50,137 bases of DNA from contig JAZDJT010000006.1 of assembly GCA_043803845.1 (NCBI GenBank), positions 1 to 50,137 on the forward strand, given 5' to 3'. Both the position numbers and the translations under genes were made by a program. Origin of the DNA: Patescibacteria group bacterium (GTDB lineage Bacteria; Patescibacteriota; Minisyncoccia; Minisyncoccales; GCA-002788555). The notes under the pieces are model-generated. The model worked only from the letters and a program-made list of their open reading frames with translations, was not told the origin of the DNA and did no database searches. Positions 29,939 to 39,652 of the stretch are shown piece after piece (position 1 is the stretch's first letter; every line of letters begins with the position of its first letter).

Positions 29939-30289
29939 ATGAAAATCGACGCTCAAAACAAAAACTTAGGGAGACTGGCGAGCGATATTTCCAAGATTTT
30001 ACAAGGAAAGCACAGGACTGATTTTCAACCCTACAAAGAAGGCAATGAAACTGTAGAGATAGAAAACGCCGACAAAATCAATTTTACCGGAAGGAAATTA
30101 GAAAACAAAATTTACTATCGCTACACCGGTTATCCCGGCGGCATAAAAAGCATCACGCTCGGGGAACTTTTCGAAAAAGATCCCGGAGAAGTTTTAAAGA
30201 GGGCCGTCGCCGGAATGCTCCCGCGCAACCGATTAAAAAAGCTAAGATTAAAAAGATTAATAATTAAGAAAAGAAAAGAAGAAAAATAA
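29939..30289 (+). CDS. rplM: 50S ribosomal protein L13 (short N-terminus)
   Basis: Has GRLASDISKILQGKH, YYRYTGYPGG and GMLPRNRL. At 116 aa it is shorter than the usual ~145 aa. Confidence 0.9.
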   Translation: MKIDAQNKNLGRLASDISKILQGKHRTDFQPYKEGNETVEIENADKINFTGRKLENKIYYRYTGYPGGIKSITLGELFEKDPGEVLKRAVAGMLPRNRLKKLRLKRLIIKKRKEEK

Positions 30290-30310
30290 TTTTTTAAATA
30301 AGTCAAAAAC

Positions 30311-30850
30311 ATGCAGCAGAAGAATCCAAAAAAGGTAAAACCCAAGACGGTTCATGAGAAGAAGGAAATAAGGAAAAAAACAGCGCCAAGAAAGAAAAGG
30401 GTGGGAATAAAATCGGTTAAAAAAGCCGTTGTGACGTCGGAAGCGAAAGAAAAAAAAGAAAAATACATAGAAGCGATAGGAAGACGCAAGACCGCCGTCG
30501 CTCGAGTGAGGCTGTTTCCAGAAATCAAAGAAAAAACTTTTTTAATCAATAAAAAAAAGTCAGATATTTACTTTAGTGACTTTGAGTTGCAAAAAATCGT
30601 TTCCTCGCCGCTGGAAAAAACCAATCTGATTGATAATTTCAGAATTGAGATTCAGGTAAGGGGAGGAGGAAAAAGAGGTCAGGCTGAGGCCGTGAGATTG
30701 GCGCTGTCAAGGGTTTTGGTAAAAAAAGACGAAAAACTGAGAGAGATTTTGAGAACGGTTGGTTATATGACTCGGGATTCTCGAGAGGTAGAGAGGAAAA
30801 AGTTTGGTCGCAAGAAAGCCAGACGCTCTCCTCAATGGTCGAAAAGGTAA
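30311..30850 (+). CDS. rpsI: 30S ribosomal protein S9 with a Lys-rich N-terminal extension
   Basis: The core is GRRKTAVARVRL...GGGKRGQAEAVRLALSRVL...RKKFGRKKARRSPQWSKR. It is preceded by ~50 K/R-rich residues. Confidence 0.93.
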   Translation: MQQKNPKKVKPKTVHEKKEIRKKTAPRKKRVGIKSVKKAVVTSEAKEKKEKYIEAIGRRKTAVARVRLFPEIKEKTFLINKKKSDIYFSDFELQKIVSSPLEKTNLIDNFRIEIQVRGGGKRGQAEAVRLALSRVLVKKDEKLREILRTVGYMTRDSREVERKKFGRKKARRSPQWSKR

Positions 30851-30858
30851 TCAAATAT

Positions 30859-31086
30859 ATGAGAAAAATTATTCTATCGCAGTTTATAATATTACTTTCG
30901 GGGACGCTTTTTGCCTGGTACAATTTCTTTGTAGAGTTAGTTAACTGGCTAAAAGATAGTCCCTGTCAGTCCTGTGCAGTCGGTTTGGTGAATCCTTTTC
31001 TGACGCCCTGTTTTTACGGCGCGATATTCTTTACTATCGCCCTTGTTTTAAGTTCTATTATCTTAAAGAAATTTTCTAAAAAATAA
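30859..31086 (+). CDS. Small two-TM membrane protein with a CxxC motif (VKOR/DsbB-like resemblance only)
   Basis: 75 aa from ATG 30859 (the ORF is open from 30835, overlapping the rpsI stop). It has two hydrophobic helices flanking SPCQSCAVG...TPCFYG. Confidence 0.4.
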   Translation: MRKIILSQFIILLSGTLFAWYNFFVELVNWLKDSPCQSCAVGLVNPFLTPCFYGAIFFTIALVLSSIILKKFSKK

Positions 31087-31117
31087 TCAGAAATCAATTA
31101 AAATTTTAAATTCCATT

Positions 31118-31148
31118 GAAAAAGAACGAATATGATTCGTTCTTTTTC
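31118..31148. terminator. Bidirectional intrinsic terminator
   Basis: GAAAAAGAACGAAT-ATG-ATTCGTTCTTTTTC, with perfect 14-nt arms whose outer parts are A/T tracts. Confidence 0.6.
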
Positions 31149-31239
31149 AATTCTTGAAATATTTATTGATTTTTTTGAAAATCTTTCTATTTTACTGAAA
31201 ATTTAATAGAATTATAATGAGGTATTATTTTAAAAAAAT

Positions 31240-31527
31240 ATGGAGATAAAAAAACACATCGGTACCATTACCTTTTTAGTTCAAAAAAGAGAGATTGTAT
31301 CTCGAGAAATTAATGAAATTCTTACTAATAATAGTCGATTAATCACCACTCGTTTGGGAGTGAATATTAAACCGAGCTGCATTAAAAATTGTAGCGGACT
31401 GATTGCATTAATTGTGGAAGGTACAGTAGAAGAGATTAATAAATTAACTAATCAGTTAAATTCCATAACCGGAGTGAAGGCTAGGAACAATATTATGACA
31501 ATCAAATCTTCTAACATCTGTGAATAA
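31240..31527 (+). CDS. TM1266-like ACT/NikR-C-like small regulator (family annotated as putative iron-only hydrogenase system regulator)
   Basis: 95 aa. The pattern IGTITFLV..RE....INEIL......I..RLGV........G.IALIVEG..EEIN.LT..L....GV matches my recollection of the TM1266 family. Confidence 0.45.
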   Translation: MEIKKHIGTITFLVQKREIVSREINEILTNNSRLITTRLGVNIKPSCIKNCSGLIALIVEGTVEEINKLTNQLNSITGVKARNNIMTIKSSNICE

Positions 31528-31600
31528 ATCAACAGAAATTTTTATAAATATATACAAGGTCGATTGCCAAGCAATCTTCAATTAAGTTATAAATTGATTT

Positions 31601-31843
31601 ATGAATACCAGGAGAGAAAACATTCACGGTTTTTTTGTAGAATTTGACCCGACGGAAAAAGAGATTATCTACGCAGGGCGTTACCTCCGAGATGATTTGC
31701 AGCTTACCGAAGCAAAGACGTTTTTTGATGCGGCGAGGCTTAACGGTAGCGCCGATTTTGAAGATGATTATGACCGTGACTGGACGATAATTTATAATAG
31801 AGGTACCAACGTCTATAATTTAGTTCGCCGCCAGAGAGAGTAA
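31601..31843 (+). CDS. Hypothetical protein
   Basis: 80-aa acidic ORF. No family recognised. Confidence 0.4.
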   Translation: MNTRRENIHGFFVEFDPTEKEIIYAGRYLRDDLQLTEAKTFFDAARLNGSADFEDDYDRDWTIIYNRGTNVYNLVRRQRE

Positions 31844-31909
31844 AGCGTCTCAGTTTAAAGCCGTTTTTGTAAGGAGCGGTCTTTATTTTATTGAAGAAAA
31901 GAGGTAAAA

Positions 31910-32476
31910 TTGGGAAAAGTAAAAAATGATATGATAAAAGGATTCCTAAAAACAATCTTAGAAACGATTGAAATATTTCTGATAGCCTTGGCTATAGTTA
32001 TTCCCATAAGGTACTTTCTTTTCCAGCCATTTTTTGTCAGCGGGGCTTCAATGGAGCCAAATTTCCAATCCGGAGAATATCTCTTGATAGACGAAATTTC
32101 TTACAGAGTAAGAGATCCGCAGAGAGGCGAAGTAGTTGTCTTTCGTTATCCGCAAAACCCCTCAATCTTTTTTATAAAAAGAATTACGGCCCTTCCCGGC
32201 GAGACTATTGAAATAAAGAGAGGGACAATAAAAATATATAACTTAGAATTTCCCCAGGGAAAAATTTTAAAAGAGTCTTATATTGAGGATCCGACGGCGG
32301 GTGACATAAAAATGTCTTTAAAGAAAGACGAGTATTTTGTAATGGGTGACAATAGGGACCACTCTTCCGACTCACGAAGCTGGGGCGGCGTAAAAAGAGA
32401 GTACATAGTCGGCCGTGCCTGGCTCTCGGTATTTCCCTTAAAGGGAATCAAATTTTTACCATCGCCAAACTATTAA
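31910..32476 (+). CDS. lepB: Signal peptidase I
   Basis: Has an N-terminal TM helix, SGASMEPN (catalytic Ser), IKRITALPGE (Lys box) and GDNRDHSSDSR. The start may be the downstream ATG at 31931. Confidence 0.9.
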   Translation: MGKVKNDMIKGFLKTILETIEIFLIALAIVIPIRYFLFQPFFVSGASMEPNFQSGEYLLIDEISYRVRDPQRGEVVVFRYPQNPSIFFIKRITALPGETIEIKRGTIKIYNLEFPQGKILKESYIEDPTAGDIKMSLKKDEYFVMGDNRDHSSDSRSWGGVKREYIVGRAWLSVFPLKGIKFLPSPNY

Positions 32477-32494
32477 TTATTAAATTATTTTTTT

Positions 32495-33376
32495 ATGAGT
32501 ACTAAGAAGATCTTTAGTGCTGCCCAAAGAAGGCATATCCCTCTCTATCAATTTAATTTTTCTGACCTTTCTCAGCTGTGGGGGATAATTAATGCTACCA
32601 AGAATTTTAAAACACCTTTCATCTTGGGTACCTCGGAAGGCGAAAGCAGATTTCTGGGTTTAAATTTTACGGTGGCTTTAAAGAGAGAAGCCGAAAAGGA
32701 ATTGGGATTTCCAATCATCTTGAATTTAGACCATGGGAAATCACTGTCTTATATAAAGGAAGCTGTAAATGCCGGATATGACATGGTTCATTTTGACGGT
32801 TCAAGTCTTCCCTTAAAAGAGAATATTGAAATAACAAAAAAGGTGGTGGGTTATGCTCGAAAAAGAGGAATAATAGTTGAAGGGGAAGTAGGTGTAGTTA
32901 GAGGTAGCTCAAGGCTTCACAAAGGAATCGCTAAGGTCAGTAAAAAAGACATGACAAAGCCCGAAGAAGCGGAAGTTTTTGCGAAAGAGACTAAGGTTGA
33001 TGCCCTAGCCACGGTTTTTGGCAATATTCATGGTGTATATGAGAAAATGGAATCGCTTGACCTTAAACGCCTTTCTATGATAAAAAGAAGGGTGGGTGAA
33101 AGGGTTTTTTTGGTTCTGCACGGAGGCTCCGGGATTCCTATCCCGCAAGTCAAAAGTGCTGTCAAGAAGGGCATAGTAAAGATAAATATTAATACCGACA
33201 TAAGGTGCGCCTGGAGAGAAGCCCTAGAGAGAGCTTTAAGGATCGATCCCTACGAGGTTGCGCCGTCAAAGTTAATGCCTTCGGTAGTCGAAGCGGTGGA
33301 AAAAGTTATAAATAAAAAAATGAAATTATTCAATGAAAATCATTCAAGACACCAATACTTGTATAAGATGCGGTAA
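32495..33376 (+). CDS. fba: Class II fructose-1,6-bisphosphate aldolase
   Basis: Has NLDHGKS, HFDGSSLP, VEGEVG and VLHGGSGIP motifs. Confidence 0.87.
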   Translation: MSTKKIFSAAQRRHIPLYQFNFSDLSQLWGIINATKNFKTPFILGTSEGESRFLGLNFTVALKREAEKELGFPIILNLDHGKSLSYIKEAVNAGYDMVHFDGSSLPLKENIEITKKVVGYARKRGIIVEGEVGVVRGSSRLHKGIAKVSKKDMTKPEEAEVFAKETKVDALATVFGNIHGVYEKMESLDLKRLSMIKRRVGERVFLVLHGGSGIPIPQVKSAVKKGIVKININTDIRCAWREALERALRIDPYEVAPSKLMPSVVEAVEKVINKKMKLFNENHSRHQYLYKMR

Positions 33377-33545
33377 TTGTATAAACATTTGTCCAAAATT
33401 TTTTGAGTTTCAAGGAGATAAAGTGGTCTTAATCGGCGGCAAGGAAGGTAAAGAGTTAGGCAAGACCGAAAGAGAAGTTGAAAAGATTGAATGCGCCAAA
33501 GAAGCAGCCGATACTTGTCCGGTAAGCGCTATCGAGGTCAAGTAG
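33333..33545 (+). CDS. Small [4Fe-4S] ferredoxin
   Basis: 70 aa with CIRCGNCINICP plus a distal CP (TCPVSAI). It overlaps the fba 3' end by 44 nt. Confidence 0.75.
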   Translation: MKIIQDTNTCIRCGNCINICPKFFEFQGDKVVLIGGKEGKELGKTEREVEKIECAKEAADTCPVSAIEVK

Positions 33546-33603
33546 TTTCTTTAAAGAATAATTATATATTTACCGATTTATAAAGGCGGTTTTTTAAAAA
33601 ATT

Positions 33604-34320
33604 ATGCTTACTTTGAGCGCCAAAATCAGGAAAGAAAAAGGTAAAAAAATCGGAATCGTGAGAAAAGAAAATGCCATACCTGGAATTGTTTACGGAAGAG
33701 AAATAGGCAGTCTGCCTATAAAAGTTAATCAAATGGGTTTTGAAAAAATCTGGAAGGAGGCGAGTGAAGGAACGATTATAAATCTAAAAATAGAAAAAGA
33801 CGGCGGCAAGGGAAAGAAAATCCAAGATTACCAGGTGTTAATTAGAGAAATCCAGCGGGATCCCGTTTCTGAGAAAATTCTACACGTTGATTTTTATCAA
33901 CTGCCTCTCGACAGGGAAGTTGAAGTTACGATTCCTTTAATATTTGAAGGAGAAGCGCCTGCCGAAAAAGAACTTGGTGGGGTCCTTATTAAGAACCTTC
34001 ACGAGATTAAAATTAAAGGTCTTCCAAAGAATCTCATTCCCTCTATCAAAATAGATGTTTCTGCGTTTAAAAACATAGGCGATAGAATCAAAATTAAAGA
34101 GATTAATCTTGCACTAGGAGTAAAGATAGCAGCTGACCCTGAAGAGATAGTAGCGCTGGTCAGAAAGGTTGAGGAAGAAAAGATAGAGGCGGCTCCGGAA
34201 GAAGTTAAGTTAGACGAGATAGAAGTGGTTGGAAAGGAAAAGAAAGCCGAGGAAGAAACGGTGGAGGGGGAAGAAAAAGAAGAATCCGTGGCGAAACACA
34301 AGCCATCTGCCAATAAATAG
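33604..34320 (+). CDS. rplY: 50S ribosomal protein L25 / general stress protein Ctc
   Basis: Has RKENAIPGIVYG, ...VLIREIQRDPVSEKILHVDF and two beta-barrel domains, plus an acidic tail. Confidence 0.87.
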   Translation: MLTLSAKIRKEKGKKIGIVRKENAIPGIVYGREIGSLPIKVNQMGFEKIWKEASEGTIINLKIEKDGGKGKKIQDYQVLIREIQRDPVSEKILHVDFYQLPLDREVEVTIPLIFEGEAPAEKELGGVLIKNLHEIKIKGLPKNLIPSIKIDVSAFKNIGDRIKIKEINLALGVKIAADPEEIVALVRKVEEEKIEAAPEEVKLDEIEVVGKEKKAEEETVEGEEKEESVAKHKPSANK

Positions 34321-34375
34321 CCGTCTGCCAATAAAATAAGAACAATCTTTTAATAAATAGAGAAAATCAATCTTT

Positions 34376-35593
34376 ATGCCTAAGGGAAATTATCTTTTTG
34401 CTCTGGATATCGGTTCTTGTAATATCAGGTCGGTGGTTGGAGAAGTTTTACCGAACTTGCCCTTACAGATTATCTCTGCCGCTGTTTCAGAAGCTCATGG
34501 CATAAGGAGAGGACAGATTTTTGACATTGAAGATGCGGCTGATTCTATTCGCTCAAATATCGAGGAGATTGAAAAAAAAATAGGGGAGAAACCTACGGAA
34601 ATCATTTGTAGCATCGGCGGCTCCCATATTCAATCAACAACCTCTCGGGGTGTGGTAGCGGTTTCTCGCGCAGATGGAGAAGTCTCGCAAGAAGACATAG
34701 ATAGAGTTCTGAAAGCCGCTGAAGCTATCTCTCTGCCCAAGAACAAAGAAATTTTGCATGTTTTGCCTAGGAAGTTTATTCTCGATAAAGAGGAAGGAAT
34801 AAAAGATCCTCGCGGAATGCACGGCGTAAGACTCGAAGTTGAAGCCGAGGTGATTTTCGGTTTTATTCCTTATATCAATAATTTAGTAAAAGCCGTCGAA
34901 GAAGCGGGACTGAATTGTAGAGATTTAGTCTTTTCTGCCTTAGCGGCCTCGGAAGCCGTTTTACCCAAACGCCAAAGAGAACTAGGATGTTTAGTTTTAA
35001 CTTTGGGCGGCGGTTCAACCGGCCTTTGCGTATTTGAAGAAGGCGATTTATTGACAACGGCTGTTCTACCGATAGGCGCCTCACATATTACCAACGACAT
35101 TGCAATCGCTTTTCAGCTGCCGATCGATAGCGCCGAGAAACTAAAATTGAGATACGGTTTCGCCTACGAGGAGGGAGTTTCTAAGAAAGAGGAAATAAAC
35201 TTAAAAGAGATAACGGGTGAAGATAAAGTTATTTTAAGAAGAAAATTGGTCGAGGTTATTGAAGCTAGAGACATTGAAGTGTTGGAGTTGGTTAATAAAG
35301 AACTGAAAAGGATTGGCAGAGAAAGGCTTTTGCCCGGCGGAGTGATTGTTACCGGCGGTGGTGCAAAAATGCCAGGGATCGACAGCTTGGTGAAAAGAGA
35401 ACTTCACCTCCCTTGCCAGGTTGGTTTTCCTAAAGATGTGGAAGGTATCGTGGACAAAATTGACGACCCCTCTTTTGCAACGGCGGTAGGATTATTGCTA
35501 TGGGATAGCAAGGAAGAGAAGTCTCAGAGGAAAATGAAAGTAGGTGAAACTTTTTCCAAAATAAAGAAATGGTTTGAGGGATTGATGCCGTAA
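34376..35593 (+). CDS. ftsA: Cell division protein FtsA
   Basis: Actin-fold ATPase with ALDIGSCNIR, LTLGGGSTGL and VTGGGAKMPG. It lies directly upstream of ftsZ. Confidence 0.92.
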   Translation: MPKGNYLFALDIGSCNIRSVVGEVLPNLPLQIISAAVSEAHGIRRGQIFDIEDAADSIRSNIEEIEKKIGEKPTEIICSIGGSHIQSTTSRGVVAVSRADGEVSQEDIDRVLKAAEAISLPKNKEILHVLPRKFILDKEEGIKDPRGMHGVRLEVEAEVIFGFIPYINNLVKAVEEAGLNCRDLVFSALAASEAVLPKRQRELGCLVLTLGGGSTGLCVFEEGDLLTTAVLPIGASHITNDIAIAFQLPIDSAEKLKLRYGFAYEEGVSKKEEINLKEITGEDKVILRRKLVEVIEARDIEVLELVNKELKRIGRERLLPGGVIVTGGGAKMPGIDSLVKRELHLPCQVGFPKDVEGIVDKIDDPSFATAVGLLLWDSKEEKSQRKMKVGETFSKIKKWFEGLMP

Positions 35594-35642
35594 TTAAGGT
35601 ATGGTAAAATTTCTTTTTAAAAAACCTTTTTAATTATTTAAT

Positions 35643-36731
35643 ATGCCACAAGTAAAACCAGAAATAGAATCATTCGCCCGAATAAAATTAGTAGGGGTAG
35701 GGGGTAGTGGTTGCAATGCGGTCTCCAGGATGGTTACGAAAAAAATCAAAGGAGTAGAATTCATAGGAATTAACACCGACGCCCAGGCTCTCCACTTTTG
35801 CAAAGCTCCTGAAAAAATTCTTATCGGTAAAAACACAACAAAGGGTCTCGGAGCGGGTATGAATATTGAAGTCGGCAGAGGAGCTATTGAGGAGTCGCGC
35901 CAGGAAGTCGAAGATGCATTAAAAGGAGCCGATATGGTTTTTGTCACCTGTGGCTTAGGGGGCGGTACGGGAACACCAGGCGCTCCCGTGGTTGCAGAAA
36001 TCGCCAGGTCGTTAGGTGCTCTAACTATCGCCATAGTGACTAAGCCCTTTGCCTTCGAAGGTAAAAAGAGAACGGAGTTTGCCGAAAACGGCTTGGCAGA
36101 ACTAAGGGATAAGGTTGATAGCTTAATCGTGATACCCAACGATAAAGTTCTTAGTATAATAGATGAAAAAACAACGCTCCTGAACGCTTTCTCTATAATT
36201 GATGATGTCTTGGCCCAAGGAGTTCAGGCTATTTCTGATATTATCGTAAAGCCCGGGATAATTAATGTCGATTTCGCCGACGTAAAAACAATAATGAAAG
36301 ACTCTGGATGGGCTTTAATGGGTATCGGTAAAGCGAAGGGAGAAAAAAGAATGGAAAGCGCCGCAAAGCGAGCCGTTAATTCGCCGCTCCTGGAGGTCTC
36401 TATAGAGGGGGCCAAGGGAGTTCTCTTTACCGTGTCTGGCGGAGACGATCTCACGATGAAAGAAGTTGATGAAGGGGCGCGGCTCATTACCAAATCCGTT
36501 GATCCCGAAGCTCAAGTTATCTTTGGCGCTGTCATAGACGAGACTCTTAAAAAAGGAGAAGTAAAAACCACTGTTATTGCCACGGGTCTTTCTAATCTTC
36601 CGGAGATAAAACCTAAAACTTACTTTCAACCACCAAAAATTGAAGAGGAAATGCCCAGAGAAAAAGAGGAAGAGTGGGATGTGCCAGCGTTTTTGAGAAA
36701 AAAAGTTTCCAACAGACAGATAAAAAAATAA
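35643..36731 (+). CDS. ftsZ: Cell division GTPase FtsZ
   Basis: Has VGVGGSGCNAV and the tubulin signature GLGGGTGTPGAPVVAEIA, plus NVDFADV. Confidence 0.97.
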   Translation: MPQVKPEIESFARIKLVGVGGSGCNAVSRMVTKKIKGVEFIGINTDAQALHFCKAPEKILIGKNTTKGLGAGMNIEVGRGAIEESRQEVEDALKGADMVFVTCGLGGGTGTPGAPVVAEIARSLGALTIAIVTKPFAFEGKKRTEFAENGLAELRDKVDSLIVIPNDKVLSIIDEKTTLLNAFSIIDDVLAQGVQAISDIIVKPGIINVDFADVKTIMKDSGWALMGIGKAKGEKRMESAAKRAVNSPLLEVSIEGAKGVLFTVSGGDDLTMKEVDEGARLITKSVDPEAQVIFGAVIDETLKKGEVKTTVIATGLSNLPEIKPKTYFQPPKIEEEMPREKEEEWDVPAFLRKKVSNRQIKK

Positions 36732-36757
36732 CTTAAAATTTTTTTGTTTTTTTTTGT

Positions 36758-38875
36758 ATGACAAGGCCAAAATTCACAAGAATTCGGAAAAGAGATGGTC
36801 AGATAGTTGATTTCAACCTGAGGAAAATAGAAAAAGCTATTTTTAAGGCCATCACCGCTACCGACCAGGGTGACGGCAAGTTGTCAAAAAAACTCTCTCA
36901 AAAAGTAGAACAACTTCTAGAAAAAAGACTCAAAAAGGACCAAGTTCCTTCAATTGAACAGATTCAAGACATAGTCGAGGAGGTTTTAATTTTAGAAGGG
37001 TATACTAAGACCGCTAAGGCCTATATTCTATACAGGGAACAGCATCGAAGAATAAGAGAGGCAAAAAAAGCCATAGAAGATGCGGTCGGAATGGTTGAGC
37101 AATATTTAGAAGAAATTGATTGGGAAGTTCACGAGAACAGTAATATGGCTTATTCCCTTCAGGGGTTGAATAATTATGTCTCTTCGGCAATTATCAAGAA
37201 GTATTGGTTAAACAAAATCTATCCACCGGAGATAAGAGAAGCGACAAAATCTGGTGATTTCCACGTCCATAATCTACAAACTCTCGGTGCTTACTGCTGC
37301 GGATGGGACCTATACGATTTATTATTGAAGGGTTTTAGAGGAGTTTTTGGTAAGGTTGAATCGAAACCGGCTAAACACTTCAGAACCGCCTTGGGACAAT
37401 TGGTCAATTTTTTCTATACGCTTCAGGGAGAAGCAGCTGGAGCCCAGGCCGTCAGCTCTCTTGATACGCTCCTCGCGCCTTTTATTAGATATGACAATTT
37501 GAACTATCAACAGGTGAAGCAAGGCATGCAGGAATTCCTTTTTAATTGTGCTATTCCCACTCGCGTTGGTTTCCAGACGCCTTTCACCAATGTGACACTG
37601 GATATTAAGCCTCCCTCGACTCTCGCCAATCAGCCGATCCTTATTGGAGGTAAGACGCAAAAAGAGACTTACGGCGAATTTCAAGAGGAAATGAACATGT
37701 TTAACCGAGCTTTTTACGAGGGCATGATAGAAGGAGACGCTAAGGGTAGACCCTTCACTTTCCCCATACCAACAGTGAATATCACTCCTGATTTTGATTG
37801 GCAGAGCAGCACGCTCAATCCTTTATGGGAGGCCACCGCCAAATACGGAGTCAATTACTTCTCTAATTTTATCAATTCCGAAATGAAGCCCGATGACGTA
37901 AGGTCGATGTGTTGTCGTTTGAGACTAGACAAGAGAGAGTTATACCATCGAGGAGGGGGTTTGTTTGGTTCAAATCCTCTAACCGGTAGTATCGGTGTCG
38001 TCACTATCAACATGCCTCGCATCGGCTATCTGTCGAAGAATAAAAAAGATTTTTTTGAGAGGCTGACTCGGCTGATGGATCTGGCTAAGCAGAGTCTTGA
38101 GATAAAGAGAAAAACAGTAGAGGGGCTAACTGAAAAAGGATTATATCCCTACTCTCGCTATTACCTGGAAGGAGTAAAGAAGATGAGAGGCCACTACTGG
38201 GCAAATCATTTTTCAACAATAGGCTTAATCGGATTAAATGAAGCGTTGCTTAACTTCAAGCAAATAAAAAGCGACATCGGTACAAAAAAGGGTAAAGAGT
38301 TCGCAGAGGAAGTCTTGACTTTTATGAGAGAAAAGATGATTGATTACCAAGGAGAGAATGGAAATATGTATAACCTGGAAGCGACTCCCGCTGAAGGGAC
38401 TTCTTATCGTCTAGCCCAGAAAGACAGGGAGAAATATCCAAATATCATCACCGCCGGAACAAAAGAAGTTCCTTATTATACCAACTCAAGTCAATTGCCG
38501 GTGGACTACACCGATGATGTTTTTGAAGCTTTAGACTTACAGGATGACCTTCAGACAAAATACACCGGCGGAACAGTGTTGCATCTCTTTTTGGGAGAGA
38601 GGATTAACGATATAGAAACGGTGAAAAAACTAATGAAGAAGATATTCGAGAAACATCAATTGCCTTACGTAACTCTAACCCCAACTTTCTCTATCTGTCC
38701 CGTTCATGGTTATATCTCCGGTGAGCATTTTACTTGCCCGAAGTGCGTTATACCTCAAACCTGCGAAGTTTATTCCAGGATTGTAGGTTATTTAAGGCCC
38801 GTTCAGCAGTGGAACAAGGGTAAACAAGAAGAATTTAAAGAAAGAAAGACCTTTGAACCAACCCTTCAAAATTAA
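36758..38875 (+). CDS. nrdD: Anaerobic ribonucleoside-triphosphate reductase (class III)
   Basis: Has an N-terminal ATP-cone (IRKRDGQIVDFNLRKIEKAI), a C-terminal Zn ribbon CPVHGY...CPKC, and the glycyl-radical-type motif SRIVGYLRP. Confidence 0.95.
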   Translation: MTRPKFTRIRKRDGQIVDFNLRKIEKAIFKAITATDQGDGKLSKKLSQKVEQLLEKRLKKDQVPSIEQIQDIVEEVLILEGYTKTAKAYILYREQHRRIREAKKAIEDAVGMVEQYLEEIDWEVHENSNMAYSLQGLNNYVSSAIIKKYWLNKIYPPEIREATKSGDFHVHNLQTLGAYCCGWDLYDLLLKGFRGVFGKVESKPAKHFRTALGQLVNFFYTLQGEAAGAQAVSSLDTLLAPFIRYDNLNYQQVKQGMQEFLFNCAIPTRVGFQTPFTNVTLDIKPPSTLANQPILIGGKTQKETYGEFQEEMNMFNRAFYEGMIEGDAKGRPFTFPIPTVNITPDFDWQSSTLNPLWEATAKYGVNYFSNFINSEMKPDDVRSMCCRLRLDKRELYHRGGGLFGSNPLTGSIGVVTINMPRIGYLSKNKKDFFERLTRLMDLAKQSLEIKRKTVEGLTEKGLYPYSRYYLEGVKKMRGHYWANHFSTIGLIGLNEALLNFKQIKSDIGTKKGKEFAEEVLTFMREKMIDYQGENGNMYNLEATPAEGTSYRLAQKDREKYPNIITAGTKEVPYYTNSSQLPVDYTDDVFEALDLQDDLQTKYTGGTVLHLFLGERINDIETVKKLMKKIFEKHQLPYVTLTPTFSICPVHGYISGEHFTCPKCVIPQTCEVYSRIVGYLRPVQQWNKGKQEEFKERKTFEPTLQN

Positions 38876-38897
38876 CGATTAAGAGTAATCTTGCCAA

Positions 38898-39593
38898 ATG
38901 GAGATAGGCGGTCTTCAAAAATTGACTCTCATCGACTACCCGGGTAAAATCGCCGTTACAGTTTTTACCGTCGGTTGTAATTTTCGCTGTCCCTTTTGTT
39001 ACTCAACGGAGATTGTTTTGCCGGAAAAATTAAAAAATCATCCGCGGATTTCTCAAGCCGCTTTTTTTTCTTTCCTGGAAAAGAAAAATGGATTGATTGA
39101 AGGCGTGGTTATCTGCGGCGGTGAACCGACTTGCCAAAAAGACTTACCGCTCTTCTCTTCGAAGATCAAAAAAATGGGCTTTGACGTAAAGTTAGATACC
39201 AACGGTTCTAATCCCAAGATGCTAAAAAAACTAATTGATGAAGGATTGATAGACTATGTGGCGATGGACATCAAATCACCAAAGGAGAAATACCCGTTCT
39301 TTAGCGGCAGAAAGGATAATGTTCTCGATGTTGAAAAAAGCATAAACATTTTGAAGCAAGAAAAAATAGAATACGAATTTAGAACAACGGTAGCTCCTGG
39401 GCTGACAAGCACTGACATTTTCCAAATAGCTGAATGGATTGGTCCGGCTAGGGCTTATTTTTTACAAGCGATTAATTTAGAAAAGGACGTTGTTAATCCC
39501 GAAATAAAAAAACTTCCCTTACTTTCAAAAGAAGAAATCCAAAGAGTAATCTCAAAAATAAAAAACAAATTCAAAATCTGCAAATTTAGGTAA
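38898..39593 (+). CDS. nrdG: Anaerobic RNR activating protein (radical SAM)
   Basis: Has CNFRCPFC (CxxxCxxC) and the GGEP motif. It is adjacent to nrdD. Confidence 0.9.
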   Translation: MEIGGLQKLTLIDYPGKIAVTVFTVGCNFRCPFCYSTEIVLPEKLKNHPRISQAAFFSFLEKKNGLIEGVVICGGEPTCQKDLPLFSSKIKKMGFDVKLDTNGSNPKMLKKLIDEGLIDYVAMDIKSPKEKYPFFSGRKDNVLDVEKSINILKQEKIEYEFRTTVAPGLTSTDIFQIAEWIGPARAYFLQAINLEKDVVNPEIKKLPLLSKEEIQRVISKIKNKFKICKFR

Positions 39594-39652
39594 AGAATCA
39601 GCCGATTTTTGGTATTGAAAATATTCCATAAACAGAATAGAATAGGACTAAT

